DNA from: Podarcis liolepis
Lineage: Eukaryota
Length of the DNA: 64,000 bases
Assembly (NCBI GenBank): GCA_965112155.1
Contig: OZ218098.1
Reading direction: 5' to 3' (one strand)
The position numbers were made by a program, and so were the translations under genes. The notes beneath the pieces are model-generated. The model was not told where the DNA came from and did no database searches. It saw nothing but the letters and a program-made list of their open reading frames with translations. Of this stretch, positions 41,823-53,592 are shown piece after piece. Numbering within the stretch: position 1 is the stretch's first letter; each line of letters begins with the position of its first letter.

Positions 41823-44060
41823 TACTTGTCTTCTTGGCTCAGGGTCGCATAACTCCACACCCTCCAACATTTTTCCAATGAAAATAAGGATGTCCTAAGG
41901 AAAAGCAGGACATTCCAGGATCAAATCAGAAACCGGGACGGCTTCTGTAAATCCAGGAATGACCCTGGAAAATAGGGACACTTTGAGGGTCTGCAGTAAA
42001 TGCCTGCTTAGTTAGGTGTATGGGAATCAGAGGTCGGTCCAATTATGATGATCAGTTGGCTGAGGAATGTTATTTCCCTGATCATGAGAAAGCCCATAAT
42101 TTTGAGGTGCCTTTGGGCTTCAAAGCTAGGGAAAAGCTGAGGTGGTGCCAGCAACTGATATTACAGAGGTGCCCCCCACAGTCTGTCACAATCTCAGTTT
42201 TTTTCAATGCCATAGAAAGCTAAATCTGTGAGTGTTGGACAAGTTGCTTTGGATAACAACCTAACCAGTTGTTCCTATTTGTGCTTATAAAGGTTCACAC
42301 TGCAATGAGTGCCTTGGTACCCTCCTGTGGTGTTTTTCGTTCTGGCTCATCCCAGTGGAAGATAATCCATGAATTTTCTCAAGCCAAACTGCCGGCATGG
42401 TTGTTAATAAGTGATGCATGTCATGTAATGAATAGGTGCATATAATTAATAGGTAGTGCATAGAGTGTCCCAGTAATTCCTGAGGTAGGAAGCTTCAGAC
42501 AGGCCATAAAACAGTAATGATCGTGATTGACATACATCTCCTAAGGGATTTGTCCTGCTCTGCTCCTGTTTGCAGAGTGATAAATGGGGGGGGGGGAATC
42601 TGCAACAACAAAAACAAACCTCTTGAAATATGTCCATGCACTCAGTTACAACTCATGGCAGTCACAATCCATATTAGGGAAAATACCTTTAGCAGGTCAA
42701 CCAAAATGGTGTACAAGCCTTCGACTTCTCCAGAACTACATCAGGCTAGACGGCAGACAGAAAGCAGAGTAAGGGTAGGAAAAAGCCATGTGACCATCAT
42801 CTGATTACAGTCTCAAGATGGAGTGGGGGAGGTGGCAGTAGACATTCAAAACAGGCTAGTTATGTACTAGCCAGGTATCAGGTTACACTAAGACCTCCTG
42901 GGGAAAATAAGCATTCCTAATGGCTGATCCCCCATCTCTTCAATAATGAAACCTGAATAAAACCTGGATAATAGCCCCTTAATGTGGTGCCAGAGATAGT
43001 GGAATCGCCCACCTGTATACTTTGTAATTAAGTCTTTAATAATGCTTCCCACTAGTTTTCCCAGAATAGATGTTAAGCTAACCATAATATAATTTCCTGC
43101 CCCCCCCCCACCACTGGATCCCTGTCTCAAAAATTGGTGTTACATTGTTCACTTCCTGTCATGGACATTTTATTTATAAGCAGGGAGGGAACAAAACTTC
43201 TGTTGTTCTAAACACTTACTAGGGAAGTAAGTTCCAGTGAACTCAGTGTGACAAATTCTGGATAAGCAGAGCTTCCATGTTCAAGAGCAGTATTCAACTG
43301 AATACCAGTTGATTGAGGCTGGGAGGTGCATGCCATAAGAGGCCTACTCAGGGCTTTTCCCCCAGCTGGAACTCACCAGAACTCAGTTCTGGCACCTCTC
43401 AGGTTGGCGCCATTGCCATATAAGGTGTTCATGGTGAGTTCCAACATCTCTTTTCCTTTAAAAATAGCACTGGGCCTATTGCCTTCATACCCATTTTTGA
43501 ACTTACTGAAGACATATGGTTAGCCACTGTGGAAAGTCAAGTGCTGAACTAGGTTGTCCAGTAGTTTCATTCCGCTGAGGTCTTTGGATGTTCATATGTA
43601 GGCATGGGCAATCGGGGCAGAAATTATCAGAGTGTTGAGGAGGATATGTAAATGCTATGGGGATAAATTCAGACAAAGCTGCAAGTGGCTTAAGTGTCAT
43701 GGATATTGGGGGCAGAAAACTATTTCAGCAAAAGGATCCCTGAGCCAAAGCACTATTGTTCCTCTCCACATCAGCCCCTGGATACTCAGTGTTCCCACTG
43801 CTGCATCTGTTACAGTAGTTCAGGGATGGAAAACCTGTGACTCTCTCGATGTTACTGGATTACAACCCCCATCATCCCTTGCTGGCTGGGGCTGAGGGAT
43901 TCTGGGAGTCCAGCATCTGAGTAGCCTCATAATAATTCCCATGTATCTTGTTGAGTAAGAGCAAGCACCAAGTATGAACAAATAAAATTTGGGTTCCTGA
44001 CCCTTCCTTTATTGTACTCTCAAACACTCACTCCTGGAGGTGCCCAGCACTCATCCACAC

Positions 44061-47000
44061 TCACAGGTTGTCTTGAAAGAGCTTGCACCAGCATTGGGAG
44101 CATCGTGGGCAGGAAGATGGGGCATTTGGGTCAAACATTTCCCCTTGGCTACTTAAATATGGAGACCAAGTCTTTCCATTATGAGCTGGAGCGTCAATAT
44201 GTGGAAGAAGCATGCTCTTCCTTGGATTTAACTGGTTTATTCTATTCCAGGCTTGGATATTTTCCCACTGGTTTACTTGCATGGCCTGATTCGTTCCACG
44301 TGGTTTTCTTTTAGCCGGAAGTGGGGCTTGGCCAGCACCAGAGAACTCGGGGGCCCCACCAAAGAGAAACCTTGCTGTATTTTCTGCTGGGCCAAGCCAG
44401 ACGGTAGCTGGCACCTTCCATGTATAAGCAGGCATAGTGCTCTCAGTGTGCTGGGGGTCTGCTTTGTTACCTCTCCCATCACTGTTTTGGACCTGCACCT
44501 TGCTCTTCCCAGCATTCAGCTGCTTCTTCTGGACTGCCATGTTGTTCTTCACAGCATGCAACTCATTTTTCTGGACTTTCATCCTACTCCTCTCATCATT
44601 CAGTGCCTTCTTTTGGACATTAGCCTTGCTCTTCCCGGCGTGCGTCTTGTTTTCCCTAGCCTGCAGCTCACCCTTTTGGGAATGTATTGCTTTTCCATCT
44701 TTCATCTTTGGCGATATCAACTTAGTCATCCTCCCTGACATCTCCTTACTTTTGATTGGTGAGGTTTTCCTCCTAGTGTACCTCAGGTGTCCAATACGTG
44801 GCTCCTGCTTGTCAGATCGTTCCTTCTGCCCAGCACACTGCTCTGTCCCATGATCAGGTTCACGTCCTGGATGGGATCTACGTTTCTGTGCTGAAAATTT
44901 CTCAGTTTGCATCTCATGCTTTCCAGGGGCGGCATCAGCTTCCCCATTCCGAAGCTTGTTCTTGGTGCTTGACTCTGACTTCTCATGCCGCTGTTTCATC
45001 TTCCCTGTATGAAGCTTATTCTCACCATGCAGCTCAGTTTTTAGCTTGGGAAGCTTAGCCTTCCCCGTATGGGTCTCCCAATCTTCGTTCTGTTGCATGG
45101 CCTTTTCTGCATAGGCCCCCTTCTTCTCAGTTGGGGCTTTCCTCTTCCCATTGGTGCTCTCGCTATTCTCCACAAGAGGTTCTTTACCAGACTTGCTGCT
45201 CCTAGTGTGCAATGCGCTGTTCTCGACAGGCAGGCTTTTCTCCCTAATCTGCAATCTCTTTCTCCCATCCTGGGTCTGCTTACCCTTCCCGACTGGAAAA
45301 TCCTTTTTCTCAGGAGACAATTGGTTATGCTTTGCCCCCTGTCTTTTGTGAGGCTTTCTACGTGGATGCAAAGGAAGGGGCTTGCTAGGCTTCTGACCTG
45401 GATCGTTGGACTCAGAATCTGACTCTGAATTCGGTTCACTGGATTTGGAGCTCGACCTGCTACACTCAGAACTGGACTCAGAACTGGATTCATTAGACTC
45501 ATCAGAGTTCAAGGTGGAATAATGCTCTGAACTCGACGACTCATCATCAGACTCAAATGTTGAGTCATCATACTCAGAACAAGAGCTCTTGTCATTCTCC
45601 ACACTCAACTCGTCATCCTGAGAACTTGGTTTGTCTGGCTTGGTGTGGTCTTTCTCGTCTACCGTATTACTCTTGTGTTTCTCATGGGCAGGCATCACAC
45701 CTGCAATAAACCAAGTTTTTAGTCTTGTGACTATTTTGCTCTGTTCACAGGACAAATCTAAGCCTGATTTCTATGCAGTGGAAACAGTTGTCTGTAGTCT
45801 GTCAGACTGTAGTCTGACAGGTTTTTCACCTTGGTTCCCTCTGCAACAACCGCCATGTTAACGGGGGGATAAGTCCCCTTTCTTATAAGCACACAGAAAA
45901 TTTAATGTTCAAGGATGAATCTTCAGACGCATAACAAATACATTTCCTTTAGTTAGTAGAACTTAAGCATTTCAGAAAAGAAGATAAGTGAAATTAAAAG
46001 CATAAGTCACAATTTAATGTATCAGAAAGATACTTATATCCAACTTCCTTTGAAGGAGATGCATTTTTCTAATCTTTCTCAATTATCAAAGAAAAACAAG
46101 ACTGCATTCCACAAAATATACAACTTGAAAGGATCTGATAATCATATGCCCGAAGTACATACAATGCAACTTCTGCAACAATTTTGATTAAACATAGCTT
46201 ACTATCATCAAAGCAAAATAATTTTAGCAACATCTAATAGAACTACATCAAATACAGTTTCTTTCTTTTTTTAGTGTATATGGATGTAAGTTACATAGAT
46301 ATATTGTATTATAAAAACCTAACTGGTACAAAAATGTGTTTGGCTCACACCTGAGCATAATAAAAGTATAAGTTATAAAAATAGCATTGCTGTGAACACA
46401 ACTTGTTCAAATAATCTATACAGGTGTTTTGATTAAGTCAGGCTAATTCAATATTTTCTCCTAAAAAGAGACAAAAGCATTTCGTTGCAAGATAGGAAAT
46501 GGGGAATAGTGATGTGCTAGTTTGACACACAGGTCTAGGCTACCTTTGAAGGATATTACAAAATCAGAAAGATGTCTTTGATTTCCATGTTACAACTTTA
46601 ATTGTGAAGCCTTATGGTGAGGTAAATTAGCTTATAGGGTATGTTCTAGTGTTTCCAGAACCAATCAAAATGGATGCAAAAATGAATTCAGAAGTGGGCC
46701 TATTTGCCACAGTTTATTTAAAGGACAGTTCAGTTAGTGGCCTGGAATACTCAGCACTTCCAACTTACTTGAAGGCAAAAACCAGCAAAGCTCACGTGCG
46801 AACCACACCATATTTCCTATAAGACCCCAAGGGTCTTCAGAGCCCCAGGGTTCTCTTAGAGACCACCTGGTGAGCCCATTATTCTGAAGTGGTCAGGGCT
46901 CTTAGCGTCATTAGACCCAAATTGTTCTCTGTTCATTCATAGATAGCTGGATCATTGAATTAACATATATGACAATACAAGCAACAGAAGACAAGAAAGA

Positions 47001-50000
47001 TTAAATAACAATGGATGACTCATCAATTAATATATCATGGTGGTTAAAGTTTATTCTAATAGGTAACTTTTCCTATTGATCCCAATGGTTTCTGTAGTGG
47101 TGGGATCTTGCCAACCTCTACACTTCCTTCTCCTGTTTTCTGACTCACTACTGGGGCATTCTGCTCTATAACTCCACCCACTTCTACCCACTTGTACCCT
47201 GCTCCTCTAAGGGAGCCCTGTCCCCCTTTGACCTTTTCATTCTCCTCTATTTCTATACTGCCTTTGCTTTCTCCATCTTCTCTGAAGATGGAGAAAGTGT
47301 ATCTGAAGAAGTGTGCTTGCACACGAAAGCTCATACCAAGAACTAACTTAGTTGGTCTTAAAGGTGCTACTGGAAGGATTTTTTTTATTCCATCTTCTCT
47401 GTCTTCCTAGTCTTCCTCCTCTCCCTTGCCTCCTACTTTAGCTCCCTCCTTCCGAGTTGCATCCATTATCCTCCTCTGCTAGCTTCCAGTCTCTTCTGCT
47501 TTCTCTTTAACCTACTTCAGAGCACCATCAGTCCTGCCTTTATTCTCTGGCTGTTCAGGCATCCCTACAGCTTTAGTGATGCTACCTTGCTCTGCTTGAC
47601 TCACCTGCCAGCCAGACTGTCAGGCTGCAGGGTAGGCAGACGAGCTGCAGCAATGCTAGTTCTCAACAGCATGTTATACCCTTAATTGGAAAGCAAGTTT
47701 GGGCTCGGCTGGGCAAACACCTGCTTAAGCAACCTTCTGGCCAGCTAAGTAATTGGTTCTCCATGAAGGAGTTGAAATTTCAAGCATAAGGAGCTGACTG
47801 AGAAAGTGTGTTATTAGCCAACGGGTTTTTGCCCCTTTTATTTTAGACTTCAAACATGTTTGGAAACATCCATTGTACATATTTTAAAACTAAAACTAAA
47901 TTCTAAATAATATATGCAGATAAACCTGACACTGCTCATTAACATCTCCTAGCTATTGATGCCTGCCTCACTCAAAACAGTGCTTCCCATCTTTAAATGT
48001 TCAAATCCCAGAGGGAGAGATTCTGGGGAGCAGCAACCGCAAATGGTGCGCCTGGCCTATTGTTGGATGGAGGACATTACTGGGAAGGCAGCCAACAATA
48101 ATTATGCAAAGGAAGGGGTGGAAACTGTTTATTAGATATGCCAGATACCAGCTTTTTAGCTCTTCTATAGGTCGAACCAGCACTTGAATCGTGGCTCCAA
48201 GGTTATAAAAAGTCAGCCAACACATTCTGCACAAGCTACAGCTTTGGAACAGTCGTCAAGGGAAGTTCCACTTGGAGTAGCTAAGCGCAAAAGGCTATGC
48301 AGTGCAGGTTAATGAGAGCTGAAAAGCTATGAAAATTAAAAAGTACATGACATGCTTTGAAATAGGTTATAAACCTGCAACAGAGTGGTGGGCAGGAATA
48401 AGGCACCCACAACTGAGCTAGCCAGCTAACACCCAGCATGTCAATACAGCACTTTCTGTCATGCACCAGATAATGATTTTGATTATGCTCGATCTGATCT
48501 CTGTCTGCCAGGTCAACCAGAGGCAAACAGCATTCTTATATTAATTGTGTGGCCTCTGGCTGGCTGACCCAGGATTCAGTGCAGGTCAGCTGAGCTGACA
48601 ACCTCAGTGGGATTAAGTCAAAGCTGGATCCAATTAGAAAGATGTTTCACTCTTTCCCTTCCGCTGCCTTGGGTCCCAAACACATGTTACAAGGAACAAG
48701 TGGCTGCTGCTGATCTCGGTCTCCCTGGTAACATGTAATTAAAGAAGAAGTGCCATGTGGCATCATCACACTCTGAATTTCCTCACCCCTGCAAGCAGCA
48801 CCCAATGACAAGGCACTGGAGCTCTACTTTAGCTAAATATTACCGGGGCAAGATAGGAAAGGCAGGTCACTGGCTGCCACACATTCCTCATCGCATGTTA
48901 TTTGGCCAATGGTTGCAGCTGTGCGGATCAAGAAGAACTCCACAAAGACACTCCTAATGGCGGCTTTCTCCATTTCCTCTCAGGAACGTGAGACTGAATT
49001 GTGAAATCACTCACCTTTTTCATTCTGTCTGTTCTGGAGGGAGCAATCCAGGTTACGCTTGTTTGCTGAAAGGCAGAAGATATACCTGAAAGTTCTCCAG
49101 CCCTGCTGCAGCCAGCTGCAAGCACTTGGCTCAGGATTTGGAAAACTACCACTCCTCTAGGCACAAGGCATCCATAAAACGGAAACTTATTGTATTCCCC
49201 CTCCCCCCTGGTGACTAACCAGCTTTTTAAGAAGCTTACAGTTAGGGATAAACAAACCTGCCAGTTTCAGTTTCTCTCCCTTTTTTTTAGTTTTTTCCAT
49301 CTTTAAATTCAATTCACCACATTCCTGCACCAGTTTGCTTTTCTTTTTTAAGTCTATGTGAAAATTCATCAACATTTCTTCTAATATCTGTATGCAATTT
49401 TGCCTAGTTTTTGCAAGCTATTTTCTCTTAACATGAATCATTTTTGTTTGTTGTTTTTGCTATATGCATTTTTACTTTCCTCTAATGTATACACAGGTGT
49501 TTAGGGGTTGTTGTTGTTGTTTTCAGAACTGCATTGCAAAATTCAGGTAAGTGTGAATTTCGAAGGACAGCTGCATTTTGGTTTGTGTTTTGGTTTGGGA
49601 AGCGCGAATAAGGTAGAGTTGCATTAAAATGCAAGCTGAAACAAATTTATGCCCCTGTCCCTAGTTATAGTCAATTGCAGCAGCATAGGGAGCCATGAAA
49701 ATGTGCAGAAATGCTGGCAGCCGTCTAAAGAAGAAGGCATATTGCAGGAGAGAAGCTCTAGGCACCTACTAATAGGACCTGGACTGATGGCGAAACTGCA
49801 TGTTTCCCTGCAGCTCTACTACTTCAGAAGAGCACCCCAAAGCAATTCCCCAAAAGGAGGATGGAAACATTGAGGCACGAATGGGACACCAGCCTCCTGT
49901 GCATATAAACAAAGAGGGCGATGCCTCCAGATGTGTGTAGACTGCTGCTCTTTATCTATTGGGTTTGGACCAGTCTGACATAAGGTGGGTTATAGCAATG

Positions 50001-51784
50001 GCGTCACAAAGTTTGCTTTAAAAGAAAAAGAAAAGTGGGCAGAGAAAATAGTGTGGGTATATATCCACTCTAAATACTGGTGCCATTTCTTGTTTGCCTC
50101 TCCCCCTGCAAGCCTGGGAATTGCAGTTTGGCACAGGGGCTAAGAGAGATCTATCACCGCCTGGTTCCCACCCAGAACTGCATTTCCCAGGGAGAAGACG
50201 GTTAAGCCCGTAGACTCTTAAAGAGATCCAGAGAGAAGGAGAAGGGGAATATATATGTTAGAAAATAAATAAATGTGGGTCCCATGCTGCAGGTTGGGGT
50301 TAAGGATGCTTCTCAGGTGGGAAAAGACTGAAGATTACTGGTGTGGATTTCTAACCAGGATTGCTTCAGTGCATAGGGCAGGTTGAAAAGACACTCTCCC
50401 TCACTCTCTTGCTGATCAGCAACTAGGGTCAATTTGTGTCTCATTGGGAAACCAAGGCCCCAGTGAAGTGAGAACAGCAGAAGGGTCTAGGAGTCTGAGC
50501 CCTTACAGTTTGACAGCACTTTGTATGCTTCCATTATCTCCTTTGACTTCTCTTCAGCTTCTTTTTTGTTATCTGGGTTTTTGTCAGGATGCCACATCTT
50601 CAGTTTCGCTCTGTACCTGTTCAGTTAAAGAAAAGGATGTAAAGAATTAGGTTCCTGATGGCCTGTTTGTTTTTTGAGCAATTCATCCTGATTTGTTTGC
50701 ACAAAATTTGTGCAGAGGTTATACCACTCTGCCAATTGGTAATTATCTCCCACTTTCCAGTGCTTTCCCCATCACTTTTTTTTTAACTGCAAAATTCTAC
50801 AAATAGAACCAGGTTTGTTGTACAAGAGTACTGTAGTGCTCCTTGCTACTTATCACCCTGTACCCCTTCCTCACAGGTGGGTTATGTAGGTGTTATTTAT
50901 TGCACAAAGGACATAAGATGGTATCTACCTGAATGGGTGAGAGATCTGTGCAAACCTCCTGACCGTCTGGAAACAACTTAGTCTGTTTGGGACCACCCGT
51001 TAACCACCTGGGCAAATATATACCCGGTATATTTTGGAATCTATTTCTGCAACTCAAAATCAAACACTTTGCCAACCCTAAAGAAGGAAAATGCTTACTT
51101 CATTGACTTCTGAAGGTATTAGAATTCAGTGCTTCTTCATTGCCCCAACATAACAAATCCCCATTCCTAGCCATTAAAAGTATATATAAGTATACTTGTC
51201 CATTTCATAATAGGTGACTCAGGATTCAGTGCTGGCTTCTCTTTTGAAAACAGCACATACTCTTTTGTTATCTCATCCACACAACCCATTCATTCAGTCT
51301 GCCCCTCCTCTCTGTCCTATACACACAATGTTGCCTCCCCCTTCCCTAGCTGCATTTAGGCCTCACGAAACCTTCCTACTGAAGCCAACAGAAGAGTTTC
51401 TCCAGCCTAAATAAGTATGGTGCAAAGGCATTTTTGGCAAGGGGGAAGGTTAACCTTTCCCTCCCTAGCTGTGACTCTGGCTTGAAAAGAAATCAATTAG
51501 GCTTGAAAACAAATCCTATTGGCTTCAGTAGGAAAGTCTTTTGAAGCCTAAATGTGGTGCTGGGGATGAGGAGGGAAGAATGGAGGCTGTGAGCCAGACA
51601 GAGCTGCCTCAAGGCTGGCGATTCCTCGGGCGAACGGAATGCTCTGAAGGCTGACTTACGCCGTTTTAATGTCGTGATGCGTTGCCCCCTGGGGAATGCC
51701 CAGGACTTCATAATAGTCCTTCTCATCTTTTGTCTGTCCTGTTGAGAGACTTGGAGGGACACTGGTGTGTCTTGGCTGACCCAT
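44061..51784 (-). CDS. DNAJB2-derived paralog B: J-domain fused to a large low-complexity tail, ~641 aa
   Basis: Exons 51784-51660 ([42 protein letters not shown]), 50616-50507 ([36 protein letters not shown]), 49065-49015 ([17 protein letters not shown]) and a phase-1 acceptor at 45700 into the 564-codon ORF ending at 44061. Total 1926 nt, in frame. AATAAA at 44013-44008. Confidence 0.8.
47050..47390 (+). mobile_element. Penelope-like retroelement terminal (pLTR) fragment, boundaries approximate
   Basis: Hammerhead followed by ...ttagttggtcttaaaggtgctact, a terminus typical of reptile Penelope elements. Confidence 0.55.
47299..47336 (+). ncRNA. Minimal type I hammerhead ribozyme motif in a Penelope-like element remnant
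   Basis: GTAT-CTGAAGA-A-GTGTGC-TT-GCACAC-GAAA-GC-TC-ATAC: conserved core, 6-bp stem II, palindromic AGCT stem III, stem I GTAT/ATAC. Confidence 0.7.
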
Positions 51785-53575
51785 GCAGGGCAGAGACAAG
51801 GAGATGCCGTAAGTACCTGGCCCTGCAGAATAGAAAGCAGAAGGAGAACTAGGCAGAAAGAGCAGGCTTGCTGTCTTGACATTAGTCTATAAATTATAAA
51901 ACCAGCTTCGATCTTGGATCAATGCCAATTATTTTAATTGGTTTAAGTTTGTTTTTATACTCGTGTTTTTAATTAACAATTATTTGCATTAGATCGGACT
52001 GTTATAGGATGTGAGATCTTTGCTGTATATATTCTCATATCTATGGTTTTAAACTGCTTTGTGTATAGCAAAGTAGAAAAGCGGTATACAAATGAAAATT
52101 TAAAAGCCATTGGTTTAAACCTCAGCTGGGTGCATCTGAGAATTAGTCTTTGCCTTTCAGGGCCACATGCATCACTACAGGAAACAGAGTATATGCAGAG
52201 TATACATTTCAATCAGTATCATACCACTTCATAGCTACAATTCATAGAGTTCCCTGGGAAGAAGAATTGGTTGTAAAACCACTCTAGTAATTGAAGCTCT
52301 GTGAAGGGAATAGAGGTCTCCTAATTACTCTCAGCACCCTTAACAAACTACAGTTCCCAGGATTCTTTGGGGGAAGCCATAATGTTAAAGTGGTATATTA
52401 GTTCTGTAAATGTATGGTATGGATGTGGCCTAAGAAATGACATAGTCCCTCAGAGGGTAAGTGCTGTGCTATAGTTTTCTTCACTGTCAAATTAGCCGCA
52501 CATTTATATGCAGTGAATATTTCTTGCCACCAGAGCAAGCAACAAGATGTTTACACTTCACTGAAATGAAATGTTGCTTTAAAACAGAGTTCTCTAGCTG
52601 ATGCCCTCCAAGTGCTGATGAGTTCCAACTCAGTGGTCAGGGATGGGAAATACTAGAGTCCAGCAACACCTGGAGAGCACTGGTGGAAGGCTGCCTTAAA
52701 TCGACCCTTTGACATGATTAGAGCCCAAGTCTATGACCTATTTGTGGGATAACCAGCCTCATATAACCAACATACGTAAGTCTAATTAATGCATGAAGGA
52801 GTTAAGACCATAGAGTAAGCTGTCCTGCCAAGTTTAGTTCACTGTGGGAGGGACTAGGTAATCAAGACTTTGTTCCCCTTCAGTCTTTCTGAGAAGCTCA
52901 GTGAGTGAAAAGGCTAACCTGGTTGCTACAGCTTAGCTGCATAGCTCTCTCAAGCCACTCTTTGCATTCCTATACCAATAACTTAGGAACTTTCACCTCT
53001 GTAACTGGCAAGTTTTACTGCCAGTGCAACTTTTTTCTGAATGCTGGAGGGAAAAAAGTACATGAACCAGATCTTTGAAGAATTTGTAAGTAAACCAATC
53101 TTAACTTACCAAACATGTGGTCTTTGGAAGTTTTGGAACTCACAAGGGCATATTTTAAAGGTCTAACAGGCTATACATCCACATTTCACTTTGCTGCATA
53201 TTTTGTGATTTTAAATCTCTGCTGTGGTTCTCTCAACAAAGAGTATTTGCCCCAAACGTAGAACTTGGCATCCAGAAATTCTCCTTTTATACCTATTTTT
53301 TCCCCTTGAACCAACAATACTTAGCACAGCAGTGACCCTGGCCTTACGTATCAAAGGCAATTGTTTTCAGGTGGCATAAGATGAGCTAGTCAACCCAGGA
53401 TGAAGGCTTGGTGGGTAGTTCCACTAAGTATCTGAACAGCTGAAACCCAGGCCCTACCTCACAGTCTCAATGGATTTTTCCTGATGATTGACACATCCTT
53501 TGGTATATTCATTTTCCATGTAGGCAGAGCCCTAGTCACTCAAAGCTGCTGCCCGGGGTAAGAAAAGAGGAGCTT

Positions 53576-53592
53576 GATTGTGATGTCAGGGG
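53576..53592 (-). promoter_or_regulatory. Putative promoter element of paralog B (CRE-like)
   Basis: GATTGTGATGTCAGGGG is identical to 40923-40939. Minus-strand donor GTGAG|gtaggg at 53458/53457. Confidence 0.5.

Noticed and set aside
44061-45755. Stand-alone 564-aa single-exon gene as given by the ORF track
   Set aside because: The ORF start is non-ATG intronic sequence; a phase-matched acceptor at 45700 links it to the upstream J-domain exons
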